Assembly (NCBI GenBank): GCA_963663895.2 | Contig: CAXXRD010000005.1 | Span: 1 to 64,000 of the forward strand | Length of the DNA: 64,000 bases | Direction: 5' to 3' | Source of the DNA: Dehalococcoidia bacterium | GTDB taxonomy: Bacteria; Chloroflexota; Dehalococcoidia; Bin125 | In this document: piece after piece, positions 9,814-18,555 of the stretch | Position numbering within the stretch: position 1 is the stretch's first letter | Layout of the letters: each line of letters begins with the position of its first letter | Translations under genes and position numbers: made by a program | The notes under the pieces: model-generated | Seen by the model: only the letters and a program-made list of their open reading frames with translations | Databases searched by the model: none | What the model was told of the DNA's origin: nothing

Positions 9814-10905
9814 CTACTGCTGCTGCATCGCAATGATGGGGTCGATGGAGGTCACCTGTCGGGCCGAGAGAGCCGCGCCCACCAGCCCCGCCACGATGAC
9901 CGAGATCGCCGCCGTGGCGATGGCTCCCCAGGTGAATCGGATCGGAATGTTGTCCGACGAGAGCACGGTCGCTTCCGTTAGCAGGGCGAGGCCGACCGCC
10001 AGCCCGCTTCCCACGACGGATACAACGAGCACTTGTAGCAGGCCCTGGGTAACCAGGTAGGCGCCGGAGGCTCCGATCGCCTTGAGGATTCCCAGCAAGG
10101 CGGTCTTCTGGAGAGTGATGACGTAGAAGAAGACGCCGATCACCATCGCGCCGATCAGCAGCCCCATGTAGCGGAGCGCGTCGACCGTCGACTGCTGCGC
10201 CCGCACGCCCTCGATGTTCTCGAAGCCGTCCTGCTTCGTGACGATCCGCCATTCCGTGCCGCTCCTGCCGGCAAGCTGCCGTCCCTGCAGCAGTACGATG
10301 CTCGCGGCCGGTTGCTGCTCTCGGTCGCCCTGGAAAACGATCGCTTGCCAGGCGACGAGGTCGATGTACATCGCGGGCTGGAAGAAGAAGTAGCCTTGGT
10401 CGACGATCCCCGCCACCGTGAAATTCCGCGTGTCGAAGCCGACGGGCAGCGCCAGGGAATCGCCGACATCCGTCCCCGCGAGCCGCGCCCATGTCCTATC
10501 GATGAGGATCTCGTTCGGGTCGGCGATCGGCCTGCCCTTGATGACCTCCGGTTCGGCGAACGAGCCCGGGATCACGCCGAGGATCGCGGCGGTGTCGCTG
10601 GTTTCGGGGGCGTACTCAATCACCGCCGCGACGTAGCCCAGCGGCGTGGCGCGCTCAACCCCGGGGAGCGATCGGATCTCGGAGACGTCGCGGTCCGTCA
10701 GACGAGAGCGGATGACCGAGAGGTTCGCATTCCTGGCGTAGGCCAGGTGGTCGCCGTTGAGATTCAGCAGAGCCGTGCCCGCCTGCTGGTTCAGCCCCAG
10801 CCCCAACCCAGTGACCATCATGATCAGGTAGGCGATCAGGGCAACGACGCCGGTCACGAATCCGAACTGCAGTTTGCGGCGTCTGATTTCGATGAGCGCG
10901 AGCAC
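9814..10905 (-). CDS. FtsX/MacB-type ABC permease (HrtB/DevC-like)
   Basis: One N-terminal TM, a large extracellular loop, three C-terminal TMs, GILKAIGAS and IDPIIAM. Confidence 0.85.
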   Translation of the reverse strand: MLALIEIRRRKLQFGFVTGVVALIAYLIMMVTGLGLGLNQQAGTALLNLNGDHLAYARNANLSVIRSRLTDRDVSEIRSLPGVERATPLGYVAAVIEYAPETSDTAAILGVIPGSFAEPEVIKGRPIADPNEILIDRTWARLAGTDVGDSLALPVGFDTRNFTVAGIVDQGYFFFQPAMYIDLVAWQAIVFQGDREQQPAASIVLLQGRQLAGRSGTEWRIVTKQDGFENIEGVRAQQSTVDALRYMGLLIGAMVIGVFFYVITLQKTALLGILKAIGASGAYLVTQGLLQVLVVSVVGSGLAVGLALLTEATVLSSDNIPIRFTWGAIATAAISVIVAGLVGAALSARQVTSIDPIIAMQQQ

Positions 10906-11323
10906 TCGACCTCGATTGGTGTGGCAGGAACGCGCTGGATTGCTCGTTACCGTGAGACTCCCAGAAATCGGCGCGGCAAGCTACTCCCCGATCCCCTCGA
11001 ATAGGCTTCGCTCCCGGAGTTCGCCGCCCGTTCTGCCCGTCCCGTTCGTTCCGTTCGCCCATGCTCACGAGCGCCCGAAGCCGGCGCAGCGCACACCTCG
11101 TCGGGGAACTCGCCGCGGCGCGATTCGACGACCCCTTCGGGATTTTCCCGCCCCGAGCCTATAGGGTGACTACTGGCTCGAGAGCCTGGTGCTGCCTGCG
11201 GTCGAGTCTGGTTCGCCGAGGCAGCATGTTCCGGACACGGCCGAAGTTGCAGCGCCTCCTCGCGGCGGCGTGTTTGAGGCGGGCATGCGGCACCCCTACC
11301 ACCGCTCACAGGGCTACTAGTCG

Positions 11324-12673
11324 ATGGGCGCCGTCGCGATTCTCGCGGACGCGGTCGTGTGGGCCTGCACGACCACGCTCATCACGTCCCGGCTCACGCG
11401 GATCGACTTCCTCTCCGTCGCCACTTTCCGCCTGATCTTCGCGACCGCCTTCATCTGGCCGGCGCTCTTCATCCTGGGAGGGCAGGATGATCTCTGGAGC
11501 ATGAGCTTCCACACGGTGTGGCAGCTCTTCCTGGGCGCCTTGGCCGGGTACACCCTGGCCGAGCCCGGCTACGCCCTGACGCTCGCGCTCCTCGGGCTCA
11601 CCCGCGGCTACACCCTGGTCATTGGCATTTTCAGCCTCGCTGCCTTCGTCATGCCCGTCATTTTCTTGGACGAGACCGTCGGCTGGCAGGCGGCGTTGGG
11701 GGGCGTCCTGATCATCGCCGGCGTGACGGTCGTCACGTTCCGGGGCCGCAGGCTGCGCGCTGCCGCGTTCCCGGATGACGCGGGCGCGTCTGAACCCACT
11801 GGCTCCGATGCGTTGGCGCATGCCGGCTACCGTCTTCCCCGTGATGCCGTCGCCGAGGCGGCGCCCGCGATCCGCATGCCCGGCACGCCGTCCGTTCCGC
11901 CGCGGCTCCTCGCCGGTGTCGTTGTCGGCGTCGTGGCCGCCATCCTCTGGGCGGCGGCGACCACGATCCTCCGTGCGCAGCCCTCGCTCCGCATTCCCGG
12001 CACGCGGCTTGTGCTGCCGCGGCTTCTCGCCGGTGTCGCCGTTGGCGTCGTGGCCGCCACTCTCTGGGTGACGGCGACCACGATCTTCCGTGCGCGGCCC
12101 GCCGCCGCGCTCTCGGAGGGGAAACGCGATCCCGAGCCGGCGAGACCCGGCGCGTTGGCCTCCGGCCGACAGGTCCGTCCAAGCGTTGTCCCCACAGCGG
12201 CCACGGCTCCCGTCCGTATTCCCGGCACGCCGCTTGTGCTGCCGCGGCTCCTCGCTGGTGTCGCGGTTGGCCTCGTGACCGCCATCCTCTGGGCGACGGG
12301 AACCACGATCCTGCGCGCGGTGACGCCGGGCATCGATGCGGCCGCGGTGGCCACGGTCCAGCTCACGCCCGCCGTGGTGATCAGCGTCCTCGTCTTTCTG
12401 GTGGTGCGGCGCGGTCGGGTGTTCGGCGACGGCGCCACGCCGGGCACCGTCTCCCTGATAGGTCTCACGGGAATGCTGACTGCCGGGCTCGGGACGATGC
12501 TGGTGGTGTTCGCCGTGCAGCGGATTGGCGCCGGCCCCACCGCCGTTCTCTTCGCCATGTCCACGATCTTCGCGCTGCCCCTCGGTGTCGTCTTCCTCAA
12601 GGAGCGCGTTACCATCTGGGGTGTCGCCGGCGCCGCGGTTGCCGTCGGCGGAGTGGCACTGCTGGTTATCTAG
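11324..12673 (+). CDS. DMT/EamA family transporter with an internal triplicated segment
   Basis: Two EamA halves ending FLDETVGWQAALGGVLI and FLKERVTIWGVAGAAVAVGGV. Confidence 0.8.
   Translation: MGAVAILADAVVWACTTTLITSRLTRIDFLSVATFRLIFATAFIWPALFILGGQDDLWSMSFHTVWQLFLGALAGYTLAEPGYALTLALLGLTRGYTLVIGIFSLAAFVMPVIFLDETVGWQAALGGVLIIAGVTVVTFRGRRLRAAAFPDDAGASEPTGSDALAHAGYRLPRDAVAEAAPAIRMPGTPSVPPRLLAGVVVGVVAAILWAAATTILRAQPSLRIPGTRLVLPRLLAGVAVGVVAATLWVTATTIFRARPAAALSEGKRDPEPARPGALASGRQVRPSVVPTAATAPVRIPGTPLVLPRLLAGVAVGLVTAILWATGTTILRAVTPGIDAAAVATVQLTPAVVISVLVFLVVRRGRVFGDGATPGTVSLIGLTGMLTAGLGTMLVVFAVQRIGAGPTAVLFAMSTIFALPLGVVFLKERVTIWGVAGAAVAVGGVALLVI
11872..12319 (+). repeat. Three imperfect in-frame copies of about 107 bp inside the EamA gene (about 11872-11978, 11989-12095, 12214-12319)
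   Basis: Each copy encodes R[MI]PGTxxVxPRLLAGV[VA]VG[VL]V[AT]A[IT]LWxxxTTI[LF]RA. Confidence 0.9.
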
Positions 12674-12713
12674 ACCGCTTCGCGGCCACGCGGCCCTGCC
12701 CCAGGAGTTCCCC

Positions 12714-13724
12714 ATGCCCGCTCTCGGCATCAAATTCCCCGACACCGACTCCCTCGCCATTGAGGACACGCTGGCGTGCGCCCGTGCGGCGGACGCGGCC
12801 GGCTTCGAGTCCCTCTGGATGTCCGACTATGCCAGCGGCGACGTCTTCGCCGTGCTCTCGGCCTGCGCGGTCGTGACGGAGCGGATCAAGCTCGCGCCCG
12901 GCGTGGCGATCATCTACAACCGTGCGCCCGTCGCCATGGCGCTGGGGGCGGCCTCGCTCGACACGATCTCGGAGGGGCGCGCCTTGCTGGGCCTCGGCAT
13001 CGGCCACCGCAGCATCGTTGAGGAGCAAGTCGGCGGCTTTCCCTATGAGCGCCCGGTCCAGCGGCTGCGCGAGTACACGGAGATCACCCGCCGGTTGCTT
13101 CGTGAGGGCGAGCTTTCCTATCGCGGCGAGATCTTCACGCTCGACTACAAGCCCTGGGTCCGGTTCCACCGCCCGCACGTTCCCATCATCCACTCGCCCT
13201 TCGTCGAGGCGTCGGCGCGGCGCGCCGGCATGCTGGCCGATGGCACGCTGCACACCTGCGTCACCCCCGATCGCGTGCGCGCCAACGCCGGCTGGGTCGC
13301 CGAGGGCGCGCGCGAGGCCGGCCGCGATCCCGCTGCGATCGAGCTGGGGGCCTACCTCTGGACGATCGTGGCAGAGGACGTGGAGACTCGCGAGCGAGGA
13401 CGGCACCTGATCAAGCGCCAGATCGCTTGGTACGCCGGCGAGCTCCCCCTCTACGCCAATCTCCTGCGGGCCAGCGGCTTCGCCGACAACGTCGACCGCG
13501 TCGCCGCGATCTGGAGCGGCGGCGACCAGGCCGCCGCCGTGGACGCCGTGGCCGATGAGATCGTCGACCAGGTGGGCCTCGTCGGGGATCTGGACCACTG
13601 CCGTGCGCGGGTGCAGGAGTACCGTGAGGCCGGGCTGCACCGCCCCGTGATCTATCCCATGCCGTTCGCGCCCAGCGAGACCAAGCAGGCCTTCCTGAGC
13701 GCGCTGCGGATCTTGGGGTGCTAG
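12714..13724 (+). CDS. LLM-class (luciferase-like) flavin/F420-dependent oxidoreductase
   Basis: ADAAGFESLWMSD, TERIKLAPGV, LDTISEGRALLGLGIGH and RLREY. GGAG lies upstream of ATG 12714. Confidence 0.88.
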   Translation: MPALGIKFPDTDSLAIEDTLACARAADAAGFESLWMSDYASGDVFAVLSACAVVTERIKLAPGVAIIYNRAPVAMALGAASLDTISEGRALLGLGIGHRSIVEEQVGGFPYERPVQRLREYTEITRRLLREGELSYRGEIFTLDYKPWVRFHRPHVPIIHSPFVEASARRAGMLADGTLHTCVTPDRVRANAGWVAEGAREAGRDPAAIELGAYLWTIVAEDVETRERGRHLIKRQIAWYAGELPLYANLLRASGFADNVDRVAAIWSGGDQAAAVDAVADEIVDQVGLVGDLDHCRARVQEYREAGLHRPVIYPMPFAPSETKQAFLSALRILGC

Positions 13725-13795
13725 ATCGGCGCCCGCGGCAGGCGTTTGCGCCTGCATTGCCGCCCCTGTGGGCCTTTGATAGCGTTTGATCTCCC

Positions 13796-13869
13796 TGGGG
13801 ATTCGTCTAGTGGTAGGACGACTGACTCTGGATCAGTTAACGGGGGTTCGAATCCTCCATCCCCAGCCA
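13796..13869 (+). tRNA. tRNA-Gln(CTG); contains the left junction (attL) of the island
   Basis: TGGGGATTCGTCTAGTGGTAGGACG-ACTGA-CTCTGGA-TCAGT...GGTTCGAATCC..ATCCCCAGCCA, with a U1-A72 pair. Confidence 0.96.
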
Positions 13870-14305
13870 CGGATTAGCCTGTAATCCTAGAAAAGATCGC
13901 CCGCCCGCCGGTCGGCATCGTCGCCAGCAGTCCACTAAACGGTCAAGTAACTCGTATCTCCCGACCTGCCCCCGAAGGGCGTACTGATTCCGAGCACTTG
14001 CCGGGGGATCGATTGCCGGCACGGGTCGCGCGGGCCGGATAGCTGCTCTCAGGATCGCTCTCGCTACCTCACATCATATCCATCGAAATCCTGCACGGAG
14101 CAGGCGACGGGAAACATCCTCTGCGCAAGCGCTCCGCCTTGACCGGCAGCTGATCGGACAGCGTCACACCGTGCTCTCTTAAGGCTCTCGTATCCAGCGA
14201 GTATGCCTTGCCAAGGAGTGTGCGGCCTCCGCCGGGTACCATCTCCAGAGCGATTGCCGGTCTCGGAGCCCTCTGCAGCAAGGTTCCGACAGAGAGCGAC
14301 TGGAT

Positions 14306-15076
14306 ATGACCGTCCCGCTGTCGTGGGCGTCGTTGGAGGTATTCCAAGACTGCAAACTCCGCTGGAAGCTGCAGTATCTCGACGACATTCGCCTGCCTGT
14401 GAATCAGAAGCCGTTCCTCGTCGGCTCCGCGGTCCATGACACGCTGGAGGAGTGGTATAGGGCTGGTTGGGAGCCAGGCTTCGTGAAGGCCAACATCCAG
14501 CGAATCTTCGACGCGACCGTGCGTGAACGAAGCATTCGCCTCTCAAAGGAAGAGGCTCGAAAGTATGGGGCCCGCGCGGCCCGCGCGGCGCGAATCGCCG
14601 AGTCGATCTATCTCCAGATGGAGTTTCCGCAACGGGACGTATCGGTCGAGACGCGGTTTGACCTGGACTACCTGGACGGCGCGGCCAAGCTCCGCGGCGC
14701 CTGGGACGTGCTGGATCCGTCGCGCGCAACGATTTTTGATCTCAAGACATCGGTCGCGACGCCGTCAGGAAAACCCGGGCAATTGTTGACGTACGGCGTT
14801 GCCGCCTCGCTGAGCGGGATGGTGGCTCGGGAGGGCGCGTTCATCTATCCGCTGCTGAGCCCGACGATCGTGCCGGTCCCTCTCTCAGAGCAGCGCCTCG
14901 TCGCGCACCGCCAAGTTTTGGACAGCATGGTGATGGAGATCGCTTCCGGAAGTGTGGAGTGGAATCCCTCGACCGGTTCGCATTGCCTGCGGTGCCCCTA
15001 CTACCGAACGCAACACTGCCCGGCAACGCTACGAGAGGGGGTCCGTGAAGGCGATGGGGAGGTCACCGGCGATTGA
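14306..15076 (+). CDS. PD-(D/E)XK nuclease, RecB/AddB/Cas4-like, with four Cys (probable Fe-S cluster)
   Basis: LSWASLEVFQDC, GSAVH, VE, RGAWDVLD, IFDLKT, QLLTY, and a C-terminal HCLRCPY...C. Confidence 0.85.
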   Translation: MTVPLSWASLEVFQDCKLRWKLQYLDDIRLPVNQKPFLVGSAVHDTLEEWYRAGWEPGFVKANIQRIFDATVRERSIRLSKEEARKYGARAARAARIAESIYLQMEFPQRDVSVETRFDLDYLDGAAKLRGAWDVLDPSRATIFDLKTSVATPSGKPGQLLTYGVAASLSGMVAREGAFIYPLLSPTIVPVPLSEQRLVAHRQVLDSMVMEIASGSVEWNPSTGSHCLRCPYYRTQHCPATLREGVREGDGEVTGD

Positions 15077-15097
15077 GCGGAGGGATGCCGCGCCCTG

Positions 15098-15718
15098 TTA
15101 AGGGTCGATGCGCAGGAAGCCGCCGGACGCCGAGACACGGCTGTCCTCCCTGCAGCGCGTCACCTCGCGCAGCCCTGCGGGCCGTGGCAACTCCATCCAA
15201 AGAGCAGTACCGTTGGGCGCCATCCACTCGGGCCACGTGTCGATGCGGACGCGCTCCGACTCCTTCGGCGATGCCAGCACGAAATGCGGAGTTGCGAGGC
15301 TGGTACCGGGCCGGTCCGTACAGAAGATCAGGCGGAGCCGCTGGGCCTTCGAGCGCAGCTGACTGTTTGTCCACCCCGTCTCCATCTTCCCCTCGACCAA
15401 CACGAGGTGGGTCGTCCCAGCGCCGTCAAATGCGACGAGCAAGTCGACATCCTCTTGGTTGGCCTTGAACAGATCGTCGTTCGGGATCGGCGAGGGCGGC
15501 GAGGGGGTCGCCGCCAAATACAGGGCCATCTGCAGCCAGTCGAGGTGATAGTCCATCGCCACGAAGGTGTCGGCCGGGACCGTTAACCCCAGCAGGTTCC
15601 CGAGCCGTTCACGGAAGTCGTTGTCGAGAGAGAACGTTTTCGCGCCGAGGGCTTCGCGAAGCAGGATGAACCGCTCCTTGCGGTTGAAGGATCGCAGGTG
15701 CGTGATCAGATCGGACAT
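15098..15718 (-). CDS. Hypothetical protein with a PD-(D/E)XK-like signature
   Basis: AAGGAG RBS upstream; EDVDLLVAF...HLVLVEGK....W...QL resembles a restriction-endonuclease-fold core. Confidence 0.65.
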   Translation of the reverse strand: MSDLITHLRSFNRKERFILLREALGAKTFSLDNDFRERLGNLLGLTVPADTFVAMDYHLDWLQMALYLAATPSPPSPIPNDDLFKANQEDVDLLVAFDGAGTTHLVLVEGKMETGWTNSQLRSKAQRLRLIFCTDRPGTSLATPHFVLASPKESERVRIDTWPEWMAPNGTALWMELPRPAGLREVTRCREDSRVSASGGFLRIDP

Positions 15719-15773
15719 GCATTTGCTCCTTGATTACTCATCGTCCCTGCAGCCTGTACCCACGCTCCAACAT

Positions 15774-16091
15774 TCATCCGTACAGTGCGACAAAGTAGCC
15801 AACGGGGTCGTCTTCTAGCGTGTGGGTTATGCAATAGCGCACCAAGTAGTCATCTTGGCGCATGCAGAAAGACCTTGCTAACGCACGCGGGCGATTGCGC
15901 CAGAGTTCGAGAAACTCCGCTGTCGCCCCGTCTTGGAGGTCGTAGTCGGCGAAGGTGGCGACGGGCTCATCGACGTGGTTACCCTCGTCGTCGATCCGGA
16001 AGATATCAACCACGCTCACGGTCATGCCGGTGTCGGGTTCCTCCACTATCGCCTCAATGAGAAGACTGTGTGGGTACGCGCCCCGCGTCAA
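15774..16091 (-). CDS. Hypothetical acidic protein
   Basis: 105 aa ORF with protein-like composition, co-oriented with and just upstream of 15098..15718. Confidence 0.5.
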   Translation of the reverse strand: MTRGAYPHSLLIEAIVEEPDTGMTVSVVDIFRIDDEGNHVDEPVATFADYDLQDGATAEFLELWRNRPRALARSFCMRQDDYLVRYCITHTLEDDPVGYFVALYG

Positions 16092-16212
16092 GCCCGCAGC
16101 TGATCCCGATGGCGCATTGCACCGTAGTCGGGGGAGTGTTTGCTGATGCTACGGTACACGCCGGTCTCGCTGGGCGCCCTCGGCGGGTTTCAGCACAGTA
16201 AGGCGCTCGAAC

Positions 16213-16773
16213 ATGAGCGTGTCCACCGGCCATGAACGCCCGCTCTCCAACAGCTATTGGGTCGTCCCGGGCCGCTTGGCGGCCGGGGAGTACCCGGGCG
16301 CGAAGGATCCCGCAGTGGCCGCTGCCAGGCTGCGGGCCCTGCTGGGCGCTGGGATCGACCACTTCGTCGACCTTACGGAATCGCACGAGGGTCTGGAGCC
16401 CTACGCCGCCCTCGCGGAGGGGGAAGCGCTTCACCGGGGCACGACCGTAGTGCATGCACGGCATCCGATCGCCGACGGGCACGTCCCGTGCACGCGGGAG
16501 GAGATGGCAGAGATCCTCGACGCCATTGATGCCGCCCTTGGTGACGCCAGGACCATCTACCTCCACTGCTGGGGTGGGGTCGGCCGCACGGGCACCGTGG
16601 TCGGCTGCTGGCTGGTGCGGCATGGAAGGACGGGGAACGCGGCGCTGGCGCAGATCGCGGAGTGGTGGCAGGGAATGGAGAAGGCCTATCGCCAGCCGCG
16701 CTCGCCCGAAACATCCCAGCAACATGCCTACGTACGCGACTGGACGGAGCCGCCATTGGACGGCGCCCTATGA
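16213..16773 (+). CDS. Cys-based protein-tyrosine/dual-specificity phosphatase (CX5R)
   Basis: YWVVPGRLAAGEYP, HPIAD (general-acid loop), YLHCWGGVGRTG and PETSQQ. Confidence 0.9.
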   Translation: MSVSTGHERPLSNSYWVVPGRLAAGEYPGAKDPAVAAARLRALLGAGIDHFVDLTESHEGLEPYAALAEGEALHRGTTVVHARHPIADGHVPCTREEMAEILDAIDAALGDARTIYLHCWGGVGRTGTVVGCWLVRHGRTGNAALAQIAEWWQGMEKAYRQPRSPETSQQHAYVRDWTEPPLDGAL

Positions 16774-17741
16774 GCGCGCTCACCGAGCGGGATCGGTTCC
16801 GGGGCTGCCTCCTGGGGTTGGCGGCGGGCGACGCGCTCGGCACGACGTTGGAGTTCCGCTCGCCCGGCACGTTCGAGCCGATCGACGACATGGTTGGCGG
16901 CGGGCCGTTCGGATTGCAGCCCGGCCAGTGGACCGACGACACCTCAATGGCGCTGTGCCTGGCGACGAGCCTGATCGAGCGGAACGGGTTCGACGCCAGG
17001 GACCAGATGGAGCGCTACGTCCGCTGGTGGCAGGAGGGCTATCTGTCGTCGATAGGGCTTTGCTTCGATATCGGGAACACCGTAAGCGACGCGTTGTCGC
17101 TGTTCGAGCGGGACGGCGACCCGTACGCTGGATCCACCGATCCGCAGACCGCCGGGAACGGCTCACTCATGCGGCTCGCCCCGCTGCCCATGTACTTCGG
17201 GGGGAACGTCCCCGAGGCCATCCGCATGGCCGCTGTCAGCTCTCAAACGACGCATGGGGCACGGGAGGCAGTCGACGCCTGCCGCTACTACGCTGGTCTG
17301 CTGGTGGGCGCGCTGGATGGGGTCGGCAAGGAGGCGCTGCTCTCCCCGGCCTATTGCCCGGTCGCGGGATTGTGGGAGCGCGAGCCGCTGGCGGAGAAGA
17401 TCGCAGCTACCGCCAACGGCTCCTTCAAGGATCGCAACCCTCCCGACATCAAGGGAACGGGCTACGTCGTCGATGCACTCGAAGCGGCCTTGTGGGCCTT
17501 CCACCGTTCGGAGGACTTCCGCGAAGGCGCCCTGCTTGCCGTGAACCTCGGCGACGACGCCGACACGACCGGCGCGATCTATGGGCAGATCGCCGGCGCC
17601 CACTACGGAGCAGAGGCGATCCCGGTCGCCTGGCGGGAGCGGCTGACGATGGCGGCGGAGATCGAATCGCTGGCCGATCGCCTGTATGACCATGCCTGCC
17701 AAACTCGAGGTACCGGATCGCACCCGGGAAGCCCGTCATGA
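16770..17741 (+). CDS. ADP-ribosylglycohydrolase (DraG/ARH family)
   Basis: GCLLGLAAGDALG, WTDDT, GNGSLMRLAP, TH and NLGDDADTTGAIYGQIAGA. ATGA overlap with the phosphatase. Confidence 0.93.
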   Translation: MSALTERDRFRGCLLGLAAGDALGTTLEFRSPGTFEPIDDMVGGGPFGLQPGQWTDDTSMALCLATSLIERNGFDARDQMERYVRWWQEGYLSSIGLCFDIGNTVSDALSLFERDGDPYAGSTDPQTAGNGSLMRLAPLPMYFGGNVPEAIRMAAVSSQTTHGAREAVDACRYYAGLLVGALDGVGKEALLSPAYCPVAGLWEREPLAEKIAATANGSFKDRNPPDIKGTGYVVDALEAALWAFHRSEDFREGALLAVNLGDDADTTGAIYGQIAGAHYGAEAIPVAWRERLTMAAEIESLADRLYDHACQTRGTGSHPGSPS

Positions 17742-18175
17742 CGGCAGCAGTACGAGAACAGACCGGCGAGATTCGCGGCGTGCAGGTCCGCTGGGTCCAC
17801 GTCACCCTGGCGGGCCACACCGTGGAGCAGGTGCTGTCCTACGCCATCGCCGAGGCGGAGGCCGTCCACGGCCGCCCGTTCGACGACGCTATGGACCGGG
17901 AGATCCAGATGGGGATGTTTGCGGCGGATCGCATCTCAGCCGACGGCACGATGTCCAAGGTCGCATCTGCCACGAGCTACGTCCTCGACGGGAAGTGCAT
18001 CCGCACGGCTAAGATCGCCCATTGCAGCGAGATCGAACCGGACAGCGCTGGTTGGGTCGTCACCCATGCCGATGGGACCGAGGTGGAGCGCAAACCATGG
18101 AGTTGCGTTCCCGATACGCCTCCGATCGCGCATCACGACCTGGCCACACGTGATGCTTCCGAAGCGGAGGTTTAG
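17738..18175 (+). CDS. Hypothetical protein, translationally coupled to the ARH gene
   Basis: ATGA overlap; 145 aa with GC3-rich codons; no motif recognised. Confidence 0.6.
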   Translation: MTAAVREQTGEIRGVQVRWVHVTLAGHTVEQVLSYAIAEAEAVHGRPFDDAMDREIQMGMFAADRISADGTMSKVASATSYVLDGKCIRTAKIAHCSEIEPDSAGWVVTHADGTEVERKPWSCVPDTPPIAHHDLATRDASEAEV

Positions 18176-18230
18176 GCCTGTAGCGAGTTTTCCGCGTTTG
18201 CCGAAGCACCCTCGACCACTAACATAACGT

Positions 18231-18271
18231 TCCGGATCCGTTAACGGGGGTTCGAATCCTCCATCCCCGGC
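18231..18271 (+). repeat. Displaced 3' half of tRNA-Gln (attR)
   Basis: TCCGGATCCGTTAACGGGGGTTCGAATCCTCCATCCCCGGC matches 13827-13867 with 3 mismatches in 41 nt. Confidence 0.92.
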
Positions 18272-18309
18272 ATCGCCGGAGCGAGCGTAGGATACGCTGG
18301 CAACGGCAA

Positions 18310-18386
18310 GGCGCATTCGTCTAGCGGCCCAGGACACCGCCCTCTCAAGGCGGAGATCGCGGGTTCGAATCCCGCATGCGCTACCA
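18310..18386 (+). tRNA. tRNA-Glu(CTC)
   Basis: GGCGCATTCGTCTAGCGGCCCAGGACA-CCGCC-CTCTCAA-GGCGG...GGTTCGAATCCCGCATGCGCTACCA. Confidence 0.96.
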
Positions 18387-18394
18387 GCAAAGGC

Positions 18395-18425
18395 AGCGGC
18401 TCTCCTTCGGGGGAGCCGCTTTTTT
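18395..18425 (+). terminator. Rho-independent terminator after tRNA-Glu
   Basis: GC-rich hairpin AGCGGCTCTCC...GGGAGCCGCT with a TTCG loop, followed by a T run. Confidence 0.9.
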
Positions 18426-18555
18426 GTGTGCGTTCTCGTGCGGGCCGCCCGGCGGAGCGGATGCGGCGAGTCGCGGCCGGCGTTCGCCCGAGTCCCTGAT
18501 CCATGTGGGCTATCCTGCGAGCCCAGTTCGCCTTCCAGGCCTGAGGAGCGCAGCG

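Larger units (their letters stand above)
13836..18268. mobile_element. Small genomic island integrated at tRNA-Gln; no integrase visible
   Basis: An exact 29 bp direct repeat GTTAACGGGGGTTCGAATCCTCCATCCCC lies at 13836-13864 (inside the tRNA) and 18240-18268. The cargo is accessory genes that separate tRNA-Gln from tRNA-Glu. Confidence 0.85.

Noticed and set aside
14306-15076. CRISPR-Cas locus suggested by the Cas4-like nuclease
   Set aside because: No repeat-spacer array and no cas1/cas2 or effector genes were seen anywhere in the window.
18231-18271. An additional tRNA gene
   Set aside because: Only the 3' half is present, with no 5' acceptor strand or D-arm and no CCA, so it is interpreted as attR.
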